64,000 nucleotides of DNA from an uncultured Candidatus Woesearchaeota archaeon (GTDB taxonomy: Archaea > Nanobdellota > Nanobdellia > Woesearchaeales > B29-G15): positions 6,847 to 70,846 of the forward strand of contig CAIWSB010000055.1 of NCBI GenBank assembly GCA_903915225.1. The letters are read 5' to 3'. This document shows positions 1 through 10,156 of this stretch, one piece after another; position 1 is the stretch's first letter; each line of letters starts with the position of its first letter. The notes beneath the pieces are model-generated. The model saw only the letters and a list, made by a program, of their open reading frames with translations, was not told where the DNA came from and did not search any database. The translations under genes were made by a program, and so were the position numbers.

Positions 1-32
1 TCCGCTTCCTGAAGCTTTTGTGTTAATGTCAT
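1..32 (-). CDS. 5' end of a further paralog of the unknown-function family; start codon at 30-32, body lies off the window
   Basis: nt 1-32 are nearly identical to 803-832 (start region of the 29..832 gene). The reverse complement reads ATG ACA TTA ACA CAA AAG CTT CAG GAA GCG = MTLTQKLQEA. The ATG overlaps the stop of the 29..832 gene (ATGA overlap). Confidence 0.5.
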   Translation of the reverse strand, partial: MTLTQKLQEA

Positions 33-832
33 CTTGACCCTTCTCCTTCAACCTTTCCAGTAACCAGCAAAGGCATGCAATAGTTGTGCCAAAGCTCTTC
101 CCCTGACATGCTTGTAAGCGCAGGATGCTCATGCAGCAATCTCTGCACATCATACTCATAATTCATAACGAGCCTCTCGCCCGCAATCCGGGGAATGTGG
201 TGAAGCAAATTAATGACCGCTAAACGGTCGTGGTGGACTGCCTGAAGATTTTGAAAAGGCCTCCTCCTCAAACACGCATGGTTTACCAACTCTGAACCGC
301 TGGCATAATCAAGGAGTGCCTGCTCAGCTAATGGCGGGAAGAACTCGGAAATATCCACCAGAAACATTCTTGAACGGATGTGGGACTTTGCCGCCTGATA
401 GAGCCCGCGGAAGTACTGGCCGGAAAACTCCCGCAACTGCTTAAGTGGAAGCGATGTGGGGAACCTTGTCGGGTCAATGAGGGAATGCGTGACCTCCTCA
501 ACCAATGATGGAGTGTCAGCCTCGTCCCTATCCAAGAAAACCATGTGCGGGGTTTTTTCGTAAAAGGCCGTGAGAATGCGGCTGCGCTGAATCTCATTTA
601 GGGCATACCTCACCCCATCCTCATTCAGGGCAGGCCAGATATCTGCCTTGATTTCGCTTGAGTTCTTATACATCACCAGTGTTGGCGGAGTCCCGGGGCT
701 GCCCACGCTGAACAGCTCGGCCACCTCATGCCAAATCTTTTCCATCTCAGCATAAATATACTCAGCAGGCGCAGTCCCAAAGCAAATATCATGGACAAGT
801 TCCGCTTCCTGGACTTTTTGGGTTAATGTCAT
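29..832 (-). CDS. hypothetical protein, tandem paralog A of an unknown family (motifs LVEEVTH, EFFPPLA, NYCMPLLVTGKVEG)
   Basis: 267-aa ORF. It has clear paralogy to 829..1614 and shares several blocks. Its start ATG overlaps the upstream stop. Confidence 0.75.
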   Translation of the reverse strand: MTLTQKVQEAELVHDICFGTAPAEYIYAEMEKIWHEVAELFSVGSPGTPPTLVMYKNSSEIKADIWPALNEDGVRYALNEIQRSRILTAFYEKTPHMVFLDRDEADTPSLVEEVTHSLIDPTRFPTSLPLKQLREFSGQYFRGLYQAAKSHIRSRMFLVDISEFFPPLAEQALLDYASGSELVNHACLRRRPFQNLQAVHHDRLAVINLLHHIPRIAGERLVMNYEYDVQRLLHEHPALTSMSGEELWHNYCMPLLVTGKVEGEGSR

Positions 833-1614
833 GGTTTTTGTACACCTTCAACCTTCCCAGAAACCAGCAATGGCAGGCAGTACTTGCGCCACAGCTGCTG
901 GCCATCCAAGTAAGGCAGCTGTGGATGCTCCTGCAGAAGCCTCTTGACATCCCCATCATAATTCTGCACAAGGATATCGCAGGCCCGCGCGGGGAGATGG
1001 CCCAGGAAATTGCCGGTGGCAACCTGTTTCTTGAGGACAACTTCCCTTGAGTCCCACTGCCTCTTTTTGTACCTGGTCAGGCGATTCCAGCGCACTTCCC
1101 TGCTGGCTCCTGTGATTCCCTTGATTGCCAGTGGCGGGAAGAACTCTGCAGTATTCACCTGGAAACCCGTTTTGCCATGGGATTTCAGGACCCTGTAAAG
1201 TGCCTTGCATATCTTGCCTTTTGCTGTATAATACAAAAGCTCATCAACTGAAACCTCAACAATGGGCTTCTCCGGGTATAGGAATGCGTGGGTGGCCTCC
1301 TCAACCAGGGCGCCATAGCTATCACCGCGCTTCAATATGAGCGTGTGATTGCCGGAAATATAATATGAACCGGCTCTTTGGGTGTCAATATGCGCCCTAA
1401 TCATTGCTGATGTGGTTACAGGGGGCTCTGGGTAAAAATCAATATCAGGGTTGCCGGATCCGTCATTGATAGCGACAAATGGCAACTTGCCGGGGCGCTC
1501 CCTGCCGAATAATTTTCCCAACTCCTGCCAAATCCTGCCAACCTCATTGTAGACCTGTTCAGAGGTCGCAGTATGCAAATCAATATCCAGCTTATTTTCC
1601 AGGGTGGTCTCCAT
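829..1614 (-). CDS. hypothetical protein, tandem paralog B of the same unknown family
   Basis: 261-aa ORF sharing LVEEATH, EFFPPLA, LLQEHPQL and KYCLPLLVSGKVEG with the 29..832 protein. Its stop overlaps the next gene's start (ATGA). Confidence 0.75.
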   Translation of the reverse strand: METTLENKLDIDLHTATSEQVYNEVGRIWQELGKLFGRERPGKLPFVAINDGSGNPDIDFYPEPPVTTSAMIRAHIDTQRAGSYYISGNHTLILKRGDSYGALVEEATHAFLYPEKPIVEVSVDELLYYTAKGKICKALYRVLKSHGKTGFQVNTAEFFPPLAIKGITGASREVRWNRLTRYKKRQWDSREVVLKKQVATGNFLGHLPARACDILVQNYDGDVKRLLQEHPQLPYLDGQQLWRKYCLPLLVSGKVEGVQKP

Positions 1615-1626
1615 GTGGAATCACTC

Positions 1627-2205
1627 CTATCTTTTCGCCTCCTTTCTTAGCTGTTCATACGGCGGCCATGACTCAACTGACATCTCCCGAAGCCCTGCCA
1701 GGACTTCCAGAGGGTCAACATAGCTATCAAAGAAAGGATACTTGTCGTTAAGCCCCGCGGCACTCCCAAGCTCAAGGTGCAGATTTGTGGGTAACGTTAT
1801 AGTTGGATATTGCTGGGATGAATCGTACAGGGTTGCTATAACCTGGCCTCTCCTTACCCTGTCGCCAACACTTACCTGGGGGACAACATGGGCGTATCCT
1901 GAGACAAACCCTTGGTGCTGAAGTACCAGGAGCAATTCATAATCCCTTAATGTGCTTGTTTCAGGCCCTCTCAGAACTGCCTGCACAAGCCCATCTGCAA
2001 CTGCCCTCACAGGGGTTGCGACAGGGAGGTTGAAATGCTCCACGCCTCTTGTGTCAAGATAAGAGATGAAATCATGGCCGAGATGTGTTTCATCAACGCG
2101 CCCTGACTGGTGCTGCCGCTGGAACCCTCCATAAACAACCCACCTGCTAAAATCTTTCAAATCCCCTTTCAGGATTGGGTGCGATAACTCTGTTGTGTTT
2201 TTCAT
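1627..2205 (-). CDS. M23 family (LytM-like) metallopeptidase
   Basis: Motifs THLGHDF ... AVADGLV ... GYAHVVP ... GQVIATL ... LHLEL fit the M23 HxxxD / HxH signature and beta-rich core. Confidence 0.65.
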   Translation of the reverse strand: MKNTTELSHPILKGDLKDFSRWVVYGGFQRQHQSGRVDETHLGHDFISYLDTRGVEHFNLPVATPVRAVADGLVQAVLRGPETSTLRDYELLLVLQHQGFVSGYAHVVPQVSVGDRVRRGQVIATLYDSSQQYPTITLPTNLHLELGSAAGLNDKYPFFDSYVDPLEVLAGLREMSVESWPPYEQLRKEAKR

Positions 2206-3011
2206 TTTGTAGCCTCCGTAGCATAATCCATATACAACCCGCCAAATCCAATTTTATGGTCAAAATTAGGATGGAGTTCATACTCCCCGTTCAATACCCT
2301 GAGCGTAACCTCATCATAAGGGCGTTCAGTTCGTGGCCCGAACTTGAAAGGAACGCCGTTGTATGCCATCAGAAGTGTAAAGAAGACTTCATAACCGCCA
2401 TACCTGACAAAATTATCCATTGCGTGCCTCTCATCAACACCGTTCTGCCTGGCCTGCTCAACCAGGTCCGGAGCGTTCCTTCGCACAATTGCCTCAAGGT
2501 CAGCCCGGAACTGCCCATCACCCAGCAGCAGGGCCTTGTAATCCCTGAACAACTCACGTGCAGGCAGGTGCGCCTCATGCTCCCTGTCCTCAGCAGTCAT
2601 GCAATTGTGAACCAGCTCCTCATCTAGAAGTATCACAGAAACATCATTGCAGTCTGAAAAGTAATCCCTGAAATTCTCAACACGGCGCCTGGCACGCCTC
2701 TTAACATCATGGACTTTTGCACAATCATGTAATATGGCCTTCCCGCGCGGGTCAATCCCAGCCTTGTTCCACATCTGCATGCCATCGGCCACGAGCAAAT
2801 ACACATGATGCGAGAACTGCCTTGCGCAATTGATGTAGTCAATAACCTGCTGATCTGGATACATGGACTCGTTTGTGCTGATTGCCATGAAGCAGGCGGG
2901 CAGAGTAATCCCCTGCGCACCAGACTCCCTGAACGGAGCAGCAGCAAGCCCGAGCGCATCAACTATCTGAACGAGCCCGTTCCCAGTCCGCGCAATTTCA
3001 TCATTTGCCAT
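2202..3011 (-). CDS. HD-domain-like phosphohydrolase (putative)
   Basis: FSHHVY ...(about 30 aa)... AILHDCAKVHD resembles the H...HD metal-binding motif of HD-superfamily proteins (compare ALLHDIGK), with further His/Asp downstream. The start was chosen at MANDE (3011); the long 3089 start would overlap the upstream gene by about 90 nt. Confidence 0.45.
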   Translation of the reverse strand: MANDEIARTGNGLVQIVDALGLAAAPFRESGAQGITLPACFMAISTNESMYPDQQVIDYINCARQFSHHVYLLVADGMQMWNKAGIDPRGKAILHDCAKVHDVKRRARRRVENFRDYFSDCNDVSVILLDEELVHNCMTAEDREHEAHLPARELFRDYKALLLGDGQFRADLEAIVRRNAPDLVEQARQNGVDERHAMDNFVRYGGYEVFFTLLMAYNGVPFKFGPRTERPYDEVTLRVLNGEYELHPNFDHKIGFGGLYMDYATEATK

Positions 3012-4581
3012 TTTGCGCCTCACCTTTCTGCATATACGGCAATACAAAAAGCCCGTAGAACGACTCCGGGTCCTGCTTAAACTTGACATTAATGTCAGCA
3101 GGGTTCACCAATTGAGACGTAAGATAAACAACCCTCTTCCTGGCAACCTCAAGGCTTTCAGCAGCCTCAGGGACGTACCAAAGCACATCAATCTCCCTCT
3201 CCAGGAAGTCCTTTGCGGTTTGAATAAAACCAGTAGTCAGAAGACCGAGACATGAATTCTTTACAGAGGACTTAATGGATTCTATCTCTTTACTAGAGCG
3301 GTTAAGGTTCCCTTTCCATGCATCATAGACCTTCTGCGCGAAATAGTCTGACCAGATTGCATTGATGAACCTGTCATAACCTGTCTTGGGATTCCAATCG
3401 ACGCCCAACTCCTGGGCAACTGTGGCATAAAAATTATTTATCCCGTTTTCAGTTATTTCAGGAACCTGCTTTATCGCCCTGAGAACATGTTTCAAGAATT
3501 TGTGGGGCTCCTTGATTTCTGCGAGCCTCCTGCAGTCTGCAAAATCAGTCAAAACATACCTTGTGCCTGTCCAAACCATATTCTCAGGATGGATTGTGGT
3601 GTGGAGCAGTATCTCCTCAAGCTTGGCGAGTCCGGCATAGTGCTGGCCTATGGAAGTTGACAAGACCATCTCCTTGTCCTCAACCGTAGGGAAGTCCGGG
3701 TTGTGGTCATATGAAGCGCGTATATTGGTCGGGGCGAGCCTGAGCAGATACGCCTGCATTAGCTCTTGCTTGTCCCCCTTAGGGTCTTTCTTGGTTTTCA
3801 AAAATGAGAATAGTGCAAGGGCCCTCACTGCATCACCGCTGCCAAACTCGGGTATTTTCCTCCTGCGTTGTATCTCAAGATTGGAATATTCGCGCATCCC
3901 CTCCCTGATGTCAAACCCGCCAACTTCCTCGCCACTGGTGCCAAAATAGTCTGTCCTGTGCATCAGCTCGGCTCTCTGGTTGTTCCCGTCTGGGCAGCCC
4001 ACGCCCTTGGCCTCAACCACAAAATCCTTACCATCAATATTAACGATAACGGGCTCTCCACGGTGCAAAAGAATCCCTGTCCTCCCTTCTGGGGGCATAC
4101 CATCGTTATCTTCTGTGGTGCTCATTAGAACAGAATAGTTTGTCTGCCTTACACCTGATGTCCTCAAGATGCCCTCTTCTAAAATATCTGTCAAATCCTT
4201 GGGCAAGGATGAATAATCTGCTGTGAAATCTGTCATCTTAACCAGCTCATCTGAAACATACAATGGAATCTCTACCATTATCCTGTCAGAGCGCCATTTG
4301 GATGTTGACCCTGGATTAGGTTTAGTTATTCTCTCAGACTTGAAAAATGAGGATTCTGTGTATATGAGGCCGGCCATGCCAGAAGCATCCCTCGTGACTG
4401 CCAGCAAATGCCTCAGCTTTCTGGGATTTATACTGAATGGAGAACGAGGATGGGCCTTGCGCTCCAAATGCTGCTCCAGGGTTAAACCTATCTTACGCAG
4501 GTAAGGTTTAATGCCCCGTCCATCATCCTTGTCACTTCCCATTTTCCGCCTCGCTAATGAGCTTCTCTGCTGCAACCTCAA
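3001..4581 (-). CDS. large protein with protein-kinase-like (APH/ePK-like) core and degenerate catalytic loop
   Basis: KDFVVEAKGVG (beta3-Lys-like), ILLHTTIHPENMVW (HxDxxxxN-like loop with Asp replaced by Thr) and VLTDFAD (DFG-like). About 526 aa (or about 513 aa from MGSDKDD). Confidence 0.5.
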   Translation of the reverse strand: MRLQQRSSLARRKMGSDKDDGRGIKPYLRKIGLTLEQHLERKAHPRSPFSINPRKLRHLLAVTRDASGMAGLIYTESSFFKSERITKPNPGSTSKWRSDRIMVEIPLYVSDELVKMTDFTADYSSLPKDLTDILEEGILRTSGVRQTNYSVLMSTTEDNDGMPPEGRTGILLHRGEPVIVNIDGKDFVVEAKGVGCPDGNNQRAELMHRTDYFGTSGEEVGGFDIREGMREYSNLEIQRRRKIPEFGSGDAVRALALFSFLKTKKDPKGDKQELMQAYLLRLAPTNIRASYDHNPDFPTVEDKEMVLSTSIGQHYAGLAKLEEILLHTTIHPENMVWTGTRYVLTDFADCRRLAEIKEPHKFLKHVLRAIKQVPEITENGINNFYATVAQELGVDWNPKTGYDRFINAIWSDYFAQKVYDAWKGNLNRSSKEIESIKSSVKNSCLGLLTTGFIQTAKDFLEREIDVLWYVPEAAESLEVARKRVVYLTSQLVNPADINVKFKQDPESFYGLFVLPYMQKGEAQNGK

Positions 4582-4803
4582 AGAAATGGGACTTGTTCCT
4601 GTATGCCTTGTTCTCCCTGATGAGCTTCTGAATCCCGTAAATAGTATCCTCTTCCACGGATATGCTAAGCTTGAATTTCATTAGGTATGAAAAAATACTA
4701 CTCGCTTATAAGGCTTACGGTTTTTTACTACTGTTTAGAGATAACAATATACAAATCTGTGACAATGAATAATATTAAATAATTAAGGGGGCTAACAGGC
4801 AAA

Positions 4804-5163
4804 ATGAACTACAAGGACATCAGGCAGCTCATAGGCAAGAACGTCACAGTCAAGATTGACAGGGCCCTAGGCACTATGCACAAGGGATTCATCTACACCC
4901 TCAACTACGGCTATATAGAAGGAATTATCGCCCCAGACGGCGAGTGCCTGGATGCATATGTGCTAGGTGTATCAAAGCCAGTCCGTGAATTCACAGGGAG
5001 ATGCATAGCGATAATCCACAGGACAGACGAGGATGATGACAAGGTTGTTGTGGCCCCTGAAGGTGAAGAGTACAGCGATGAACAAATCAAAGCCATGACT
5101 GATTTCCAGGAGAGATTCCACAGGTCTGTGGTTGTCAGATATGCAGGCTCAGAAGTTTTTTAA
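4804..5163 (+). CDS. small hypothetical protein, weak inorganic-pyrophosphatase-like motif
   Basis: 119 aa. YGYIEGIIAPDGECLDAYVLG loosely resembles the PPase D-x-D-x-x-D region. A clean GGGGG ribosome-binding site sits 8 nt upstream of the ATG. Confidence 0.4.
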   Translation: MNYKDIRQLIGKNVTVKIDRALGTMHKGFIYTLNYGYIEGIIAPDGECLDAYVLGVSKPVREFTGRCIAIIHRTDEDDDKVVVAPEGEEYSDEQIKAMTDFQERFHRSVVVRYAGSEVF

Positions 5164-5186
5164 ACTCAACATAAACCATTGCTGAA

Positions 5187-5987
5187 ATGAATAACCTATT
5201 CCTCCTGCTGAATACCCTGCTGGCATTCATCATCGGCGGGTTGTGGATAATCATAACCACTGCCGTAGCTGACCGCTTCGGGAGCAAGATAGGGGGATTC
5301 ATAGGGGGATTGCCCTCAACAGTCGTGGTTGCATTCCTCTTCATCGGCCTGGCCCAGTCACCGGAGATTGCCTCACAGGCGACAACTGTGTTCCCATTAA
5401 TAATTGGTTTCACAGGCTTATTCCTGACCAGTTTTGCGGTTATTGGAAAAAGGAGCTTTGCAGCGGGACTAAGCGGGGCATTAATCCTGTGGCTGTCCCT
5501 CTCCTCACTCACGGTAATCTTCAAGGTGGAGAACTTTGCATTCTCAATAATAGGTTATCTCGTAAGTCTAGTGGTCTCCTACTTGGTTCTTGAAAAATAT
5601 TTGTTCTTACCCTCTGCAGATAGGGGAAGGATTTATTATTCAAAGCTCCAGATAGCTGCACGCGGATTATTTGGCGGGCTCATGATTGCATTTGCTGTTT
5701 TTATGAGCAAGGTTGGCGGGCCGATATTTGGAGGGATTTTTGCCGCATTCCCAGCTGTTTTTATCTCAACTTTATTCATAAGCTACAGATCCCGCGGGCT
5801 TGGGTTCTCCAGGGCGATGACAAAACCAATGCTCATTACAGGGATGGTCACAATCGGGGTTTACGGGATTGCTGTGAGATACCTCTACCTCACCAGTGGA
5901 ATAATCCTGGGGACTTTATTCTCTTACTTAATCTCAATGGTGAGCGCATTCTTCGCCTATCAATTTATCCAGAAGAAACTAACTTAG
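5187..5987 (+). CDS. polytopic integral membrane protein
   Basis: 266 aa, almost entirely hydrophobic segments rich in G/A/L/I/F (about 7-8 predicted TM helices). Confidence 0.7.
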   Translation: MNNLFLLLNTLLAFIIGGLWIIITTAVADRFGSKIGGFIGGLPSTVVVAFLFIGLAQSPEIASQATTVFPLIIGFTGLFLTSFAVIGKRSFAAGLSGALILWLSLSSLTVIFKVENFAFSIIGYLVSLVVSYLVLEKYLFLPSADRGRIYYSKLQIAARGLFGGLMIAFAVFMSKVGGPIFGGIFAAFPAVFISTLFISYRSRGLGFSRAMTKPMLITGMVTIGVYGIAVRYLYLTSGIILGTLFSYLISMVSAFFAYQFIQKKLT

Positions 5988-6599
5988 GATTCCGAGGCAA
6001 GACCCATGCTTTTTTAATCCCTGAACAACATACAGGCTCGCCTGGCCCTGAACATTGCTCTGGAATACCTTCTCTCCGCTGATGCCCAAGAAATATTCTG
6101 ATTTGACTGAGAAATATTTTGAAATCTCCGCCTCAAGTTCAGGGATATCCGTGTGCCTAATCCTGCACATGTATGAATCCGAATCCTGTGTCCATCTCTT
6201 GAAGTGCTCAGACTTCGGGTCCAGCAGCATTACCACAAGCCCTCCATTTGGCCTAAGCACCCGTGCTGTCTCCCTGATTGCACCCTTATAGTCAGCTATG
6301 AATTGTAAAGATGCAACATAAATTGCAGCATCAAAGCTTGAATTTAGAAAATCCATGTGTTCTGCATTGCCCACAACTGTCCTCAGTGTGTCGGGAGCGC
6401 CATTCAGTGCTTCTTTAGATACATCAAGCCCTGTAACAATGAACCCGCGTTCTGCCAAACCACGCTCAATGATTGCCGGGCCGCACCCTACGCTGAGGAT
6501 TTCCCTGCGGCCTTTCAAAGCATCAAGAAGGTAATCTGTCTCCTGCTCGAAAACCTGCCTCCAGAATTCAGTCTCGCATAATTCCAGGTAGCTTGGCAT
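5979..6599 (-). CDS. class I SAM-dependent methyltransferase
   Basis: Motif I ILSVGCGPAIIERGLAERGFIVTGLDVS. Post-I acidic residue and LRPNGGLVV motif III are present. Start set at MPSYLEL. Confidence 0.8.
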   Translation of the reverse strand: MPSYLELCETEFWRQVFEQETDYLLDALKGRREILSVGCGPAIIERGLAERGFIVTGLDVSKEALNGAPDTLRTVVGNAEHMDFLNSSFDAAIYVASLQFIADYKGAIRETARVLRPNGGLVVMLLDPKSEHFKRWTQDSDSYMCRIRHTDIPELEAEISKYFSVKSEYFLGISGEKVFQSNVQGQASLYVVQGLKKHGSCLGILS

Positions 6600-6695
6600 A
6601 ATGAGATTAATCTGTGGACATTTAAATAATTTGGGCATTAAAGTTAAGGGGATATTTCCCAGAGGGTGTGTCCATATATTAAGAGATAAAGAATT

Positions 6696-8621
6696 TCACC
6701 TCAACCTTTCCTTTAGCTTAATTACCCTGTCCCGAAGCTCAATTGCCCGCTCAAACTCCAGCTTCTCGGCAGCAAGCTCCATCTCTGCCTCTAATTGGAT
6801 TATCACATTGGGGAGCTCAGCTGTTGGGATGTGCTTTGTGTCCTTGATGTCTGCAATCTCTTCACGGATTGGCTTAATTATAGTCTCAGGAATAATCTTA
6901 TTCTTCTTATTATACTCCAGCTGCAGATTGCGCCTGCGCTCAGTCTCCAAAAGCGCCTGCCTCATGCTCTCAGTCACATTGTCTGCATAAAGCACAACCT
7001 TGCTGTCAATATTTCTTGCAGCTCTTCCAATAATCTGGATTAAGCTCCTTGCATCCCGCAAAAACCCCTCCTTGTCAGCATCAAGAATGCCGATGAAGCC
7101 AACCTCAGGGATATCCAAACCCTCACGGAGCAGGTTTATCCCAACAAGCACATCGAACTTGCCCAGGCGAAGCTGCCTTATTATCTCAGTCCTGTCAAGT
7201 GTGTCGATGTCAGAGTGGAGGTACCTTGTCTTGAATCCCTCCTTGGCAAGGAATTCAGAAAGCTCCTCGGCAAGCCTCTTTGTTAGCGTTGTAACAAGCA
7301 CCCTGTTGTTCTTTGCAATTGCAGATGAAATCTCCTTCTTTAAGTCATCCACCTGGCCAGTTATCGGCCGTACCTCAACCTGCGGGTCAACTAGCCCAGT
7401 TGGCCTGATAATCTGCTCAACAACTTGTGAAGACAAACCCTTTTCATACTCAGCTGGGGTTGCAGAGACAAACATAACCTTGTCCATGAACTTTGAAAAC
7501 TCCTCAAACCTGAGCGGGCGGTTGTCAAATGCAGAGGGCAGGCGGAACCCATAATCAATAAGCGTCTTTTTCCTTGAAAAGTCGCCGTTGTACATTGCAT
7601 GGAGCTGTGGTATTGTCTGGTGGCTCTCATCAATAATCATGAGGAAACCCTTTGGGAAATAATCCAGCAAACAAAATGGCCTTTCCCCTTGCTTCCTGCC
7701 GTCAAAGTGCCTTGAGTAGTTCTCAATGCCCTTGCAAAATCCTGTTTCCCGAAGCATCTCTATATCATATAGTGTCCGCTGCTTGAGCCTGTGCGCCTCC
7801 AGCATCCCGAGATTTGGCAGAACTTCCTCAAGCTCCTTTTGTATTGAAACAATCGCCCTCTCACGCTCCTCTTCTGTTGCCACGAAATGCTTGGCAGGGA
7901 AAACATAGAAGTACTTGAGCTCCTCCACTGCCTTTCCCGAGACCTTGTCAATTATCCAAATTCTCTCTATGTCATCCCCAAACATCTCCACACGAACAAT
8001 GTCGTTGAAATACCCTGGGATGATGTCGATTGTATCACCCTTCACCCTAAACCTGCCTGGCATGAGCTCAATGTCATTTCTCTCAAACTGGATGTCAACG
8101 AGCTTTTTCAGAATCTCATTCCTCGCACGCTTCTCGCCAACCTTTATCTCAAACCCAAGGTCCTTGAAATTAGTGGGATTGCCAACAGAATAAATGCAGG
8201 ACACAGATGCAACAACAATCACATCCTCCTGGGAGAGTAGGGATGCGGTGGCAGAGAGCCTCATCTGCTCAATTCTGGGGTTTATCTGGGAGTCCTTCTC
8301 AATGTACTGGTCCTTTGAGGGGATGTAAGACTCTGGCTGGTAATAGTCGTAATATGAAACAAAATACTCAACGCGGTTACTCGGAAAGAAATCACGGAAC
8401 TCATTATAGAGCTGTGCTGCCAGGGTCTTGTTGTGGGCAATCACAATTGTGGGCCTCTGGAGCTTCTGAATCACGTTGGCCATTGTGAAAGTCTTCCCTG
8501 AGCCAGTGACTCCGAGAAGTGTTTGCGCAGAAGCTCCCTTTGAAAACCCCTGGGCCAATTTTATTATCGCCTCTGGCTGCGAGCCCGTAGGTTCGAACCG
8601 GGATTTAAGGATAAACTTCAT
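6696..8621 (-). CDS. uvrB: excinuclease ABC subunit B
   Basis: The N-terminus FEPTGSQPEAI ... GVTGSGKTF (Walker A), helicase motifs, the beta-hairpin region and the C-terminal UvrB-UvrC interaction helix (ELAAEKLEFERAIELRD) are all present. Confidence 0.95.
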   Translation of the reverse strand: MKFILKSRFEPTGSQPEAIIKLAQGFSKGASAQTLLGVTGSGKTFTMANVIQKLQRPTIVIAHNKTLAAQLYNEFRDFFPSNRVEYFVSYYDYYQPESYIPSKDQYIEKDSQINPRIEQMRLSATASLLSQEDVIVVASVSCIYSVGNPTNFKDLGFEIKVGEKRARNEILKKLVDIQFERNDIELMPGRFRVKGDTIDIIPGYFNDIVRVEMFGDDIERIWIIDKVSGKAVEELKYFYVFPAKHFVATEEERERAIVSIQKELEEVLPNLGMLEAHRLKQRTLYDIEMLRETGFCKGIENYSRHFDGRKQGERPFCLLDYFPKGFLMIIDESHQTIPQLHAMYNGDFSRKKTLIDYGFRLPSAFDNRPLRFEEFSKFMDKVMFVSATPAEYEKGLSSQVVEQIIRPTGLVDPQVEVRPITGQVDDLKKEISSAIAKNNRVLVTTLTKRLAEELSEFLAKEGFKTRYLHSDIDTLDRTEIIRQLRLGKFDVLVGINLLREGLDIPEVGFIGILDADKEGFLRDARSLIQIIGRAARNIDSKVVLYADNVTESMRQALLETERRRNLQLEYNKKNKIIPETIIKPIREEIADIKDTKHIPTAELPNVIIQLEAEMELAAEKLEFERAIELRDRVIKLKERLR

Positions 8622-10156
8622 CTTGCTATCCTCTTGCTTCTCAGTAGGCGGTTGTACTTGATTGCAAACCTGTGGGCCTCATCACGGATGCGGATAATCA
8701 GCCTCATCGCCGGTCCTCTCTTGTCCAGCCGAAGCGGCCGGCTTAGCCCAGGCACAAACACATCCTCCTCTTTTTTGGCAATTGCAATTGCAGGAATCTT
8801 GAGTCCAAGATAACCAAGCTCTTCAAGTGCAGCTGAGAGCTGGCCTTTCCCCCCATCAATGATTATTAGGTCTGGAAGCTGCCTTGCTTCTTGAACCTGG
8901 CGTGAATACCTCCTTCTGACAACTTCTTTTATGCCCTTGAAATCATCAATCCCATCATATGTGCGGAGCTTGAACCTGCGATACCCGGACTTGTCAGGAG
9001 CACCATCCCTGAAGCACACCATCGATGCAACTGAGTTTGTGCCAGAGAGGTGCGAGACATCTAAGCATTCAATCAGGCCAGGGACTCCCTCCAGGTTGAG
9101 CCTGTTCTTCAAATCCAACAAGCCCTCCTCGTGCCCGAAAAAAGAAATCTCAATGTTCTTCTTCACCAAGGCCAGGAGCTTTTCCTTCTCACCAATTTTA
9201 GGGATTGTAACAATAACCGGGCCCTTCCTCTTCATCTCAAGTAGCTGGATAGTGCTTGCATCAATCCCCTCGGGCAGAATCAATTCCCGCGGCACGGGGT
9301 TTTCAGAATAGTACTGTGCGATGAATGAATCCAGGAAATCCGGAACCAAGGCAAACTCAAACTCCCTCTTGTTGTCAAGAATCCCATTCCGGACATTAAA
9401 GACAATAAGATAAACCTTGTTATCCCGAATGATGTAATTGAGGATATCCTCATTGAAGCTCTTCACGCGCTCCATGTTCTGCTTCTCGGAAAGAACCTCT
9501 AGCGCACTCAGCTGGTCGCGTAGCTCAATTGCAGCCTCAAACCTCTTCTCTCGGGACGCAGCTGCCATCTCCTTTTTCAGCTCGGAAATCAGCTCATCAG
9601 TCCTGCCTGAAAGAACCATTGCTGCGCGCTTAACCTTTTCTGCATACTCCTCTTTTGAAACAAGGCCAATGCAGGGTGCGCTGCAAAGCTTCAGATGCTG
9701 CCGAAGGCATGCACGCTTCGGGAGGCGCCTGCATGTGCGCACAAGGAAGGCTTTCCTCAGGCTCGCAAGCACACTATCCCTGGTGCTGGCTGAGACAAAA
9801 GGGCCGAAGAGCTTGCCATCCTCTTTTGGGCTCCGCGCAATCAGCAGGCGGGGGAATTCCTCATTAGTTATTACTATATACGCATACCTCTTGGAGTCCT
9901 TCAAGACAACATTATACTTCGGTGAATGCTTCTTTATGAGGTTGTTCTCCAGAAGAAGGGCCTCGACCTCGCTGTCTGTCACAATGAAATCAGCGCTTGA
10001 AATATTGCTTATAAGCTGGGCTGTCTTTGCGTCATGGGGCCTTCCAGAATAATAGCTTGAAACTCGTTTCTTAAGGTTCTTGGCCTTGCCTACATAAATC
10101 ACATTGCCAGAACTATCCTTGAAAAGGTAACACCCTGGGTTCTCTGGAAAATTCAT
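8618..10156 (-). CDS. uvrC: excinuclease ABC subunit C
   Basis: N-terminal GIY-YIG (PGCYLFKD...[20 protein letters not shown]), a UvrBC-interaction motif ([10 protein letters not shown]) and C-terminal RNaseH-like/HhH regions. Overlaps uvrA and uvrB by 4 nt. Confidence 0.92.
   Translation of the reverse strand: MNFPENPGCYLFKDSSGNVIYVGKAKNLKKRVSSYYSGRPHDAKTAQLISNISSADFIVTDSEVEALLLENNLIKKHSPKYNVVLKDSKRYAYIVITNEEFPRLLIARSPKEDGKLFGPFVSASTRDSVLASLRKAFLVRTCRRLPKRACLRQHLKLCSAPCIGLVSKEEYAEKVKRAAMVLSGRTDELISELKKEMAAASREKRFEAAIELRDQLSALEVLSEKQNMERVKSFNEDILNYIIRDNKVYLIVFNVRNGILDNKREFEFALVPDFLDSFIAQYYSENPVPRELILPEGIDASTIQLLEMKRKGPVIVTIPKIGEKEKLLALVKKNIEISFFGHEEGLLDLKNRLNLEGVPGLIECLDVSHLSGTNSVASMVCFRDGAPDKSGYRRFKLRTYDGIDDFKGIKEVVRRRYSRQVQEARQLPDLIIIDGGKGQLSAALEELGYLGLKIPAIAIAKKEEDVFVPGLSRPLRLDKRGPAMRLIIRIRDEAHRFAIKYNRLLRSKRIAR

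Noticed and set aside
328-1340. Many 60-130-aa ORFs on the opposite strand or in alternate frames inside longer genes (e.g. 328..597, 956..1210, 7000..7554, 11585..12406)
   Set aside because: They are nested within strongly supported genes (paralog array, uvrB, uvrA) and have low-complexity, Ser/Pro/Arg-rich translations typical of out-of-frame artefacts.
4804-5163. Confident inorganic pyrophosphatase call
   Set aside because: Only a degenerate D-x-E-x-L-D segment is present. The protein is too short for a family I PPase, so the call is kept as weak similarity.
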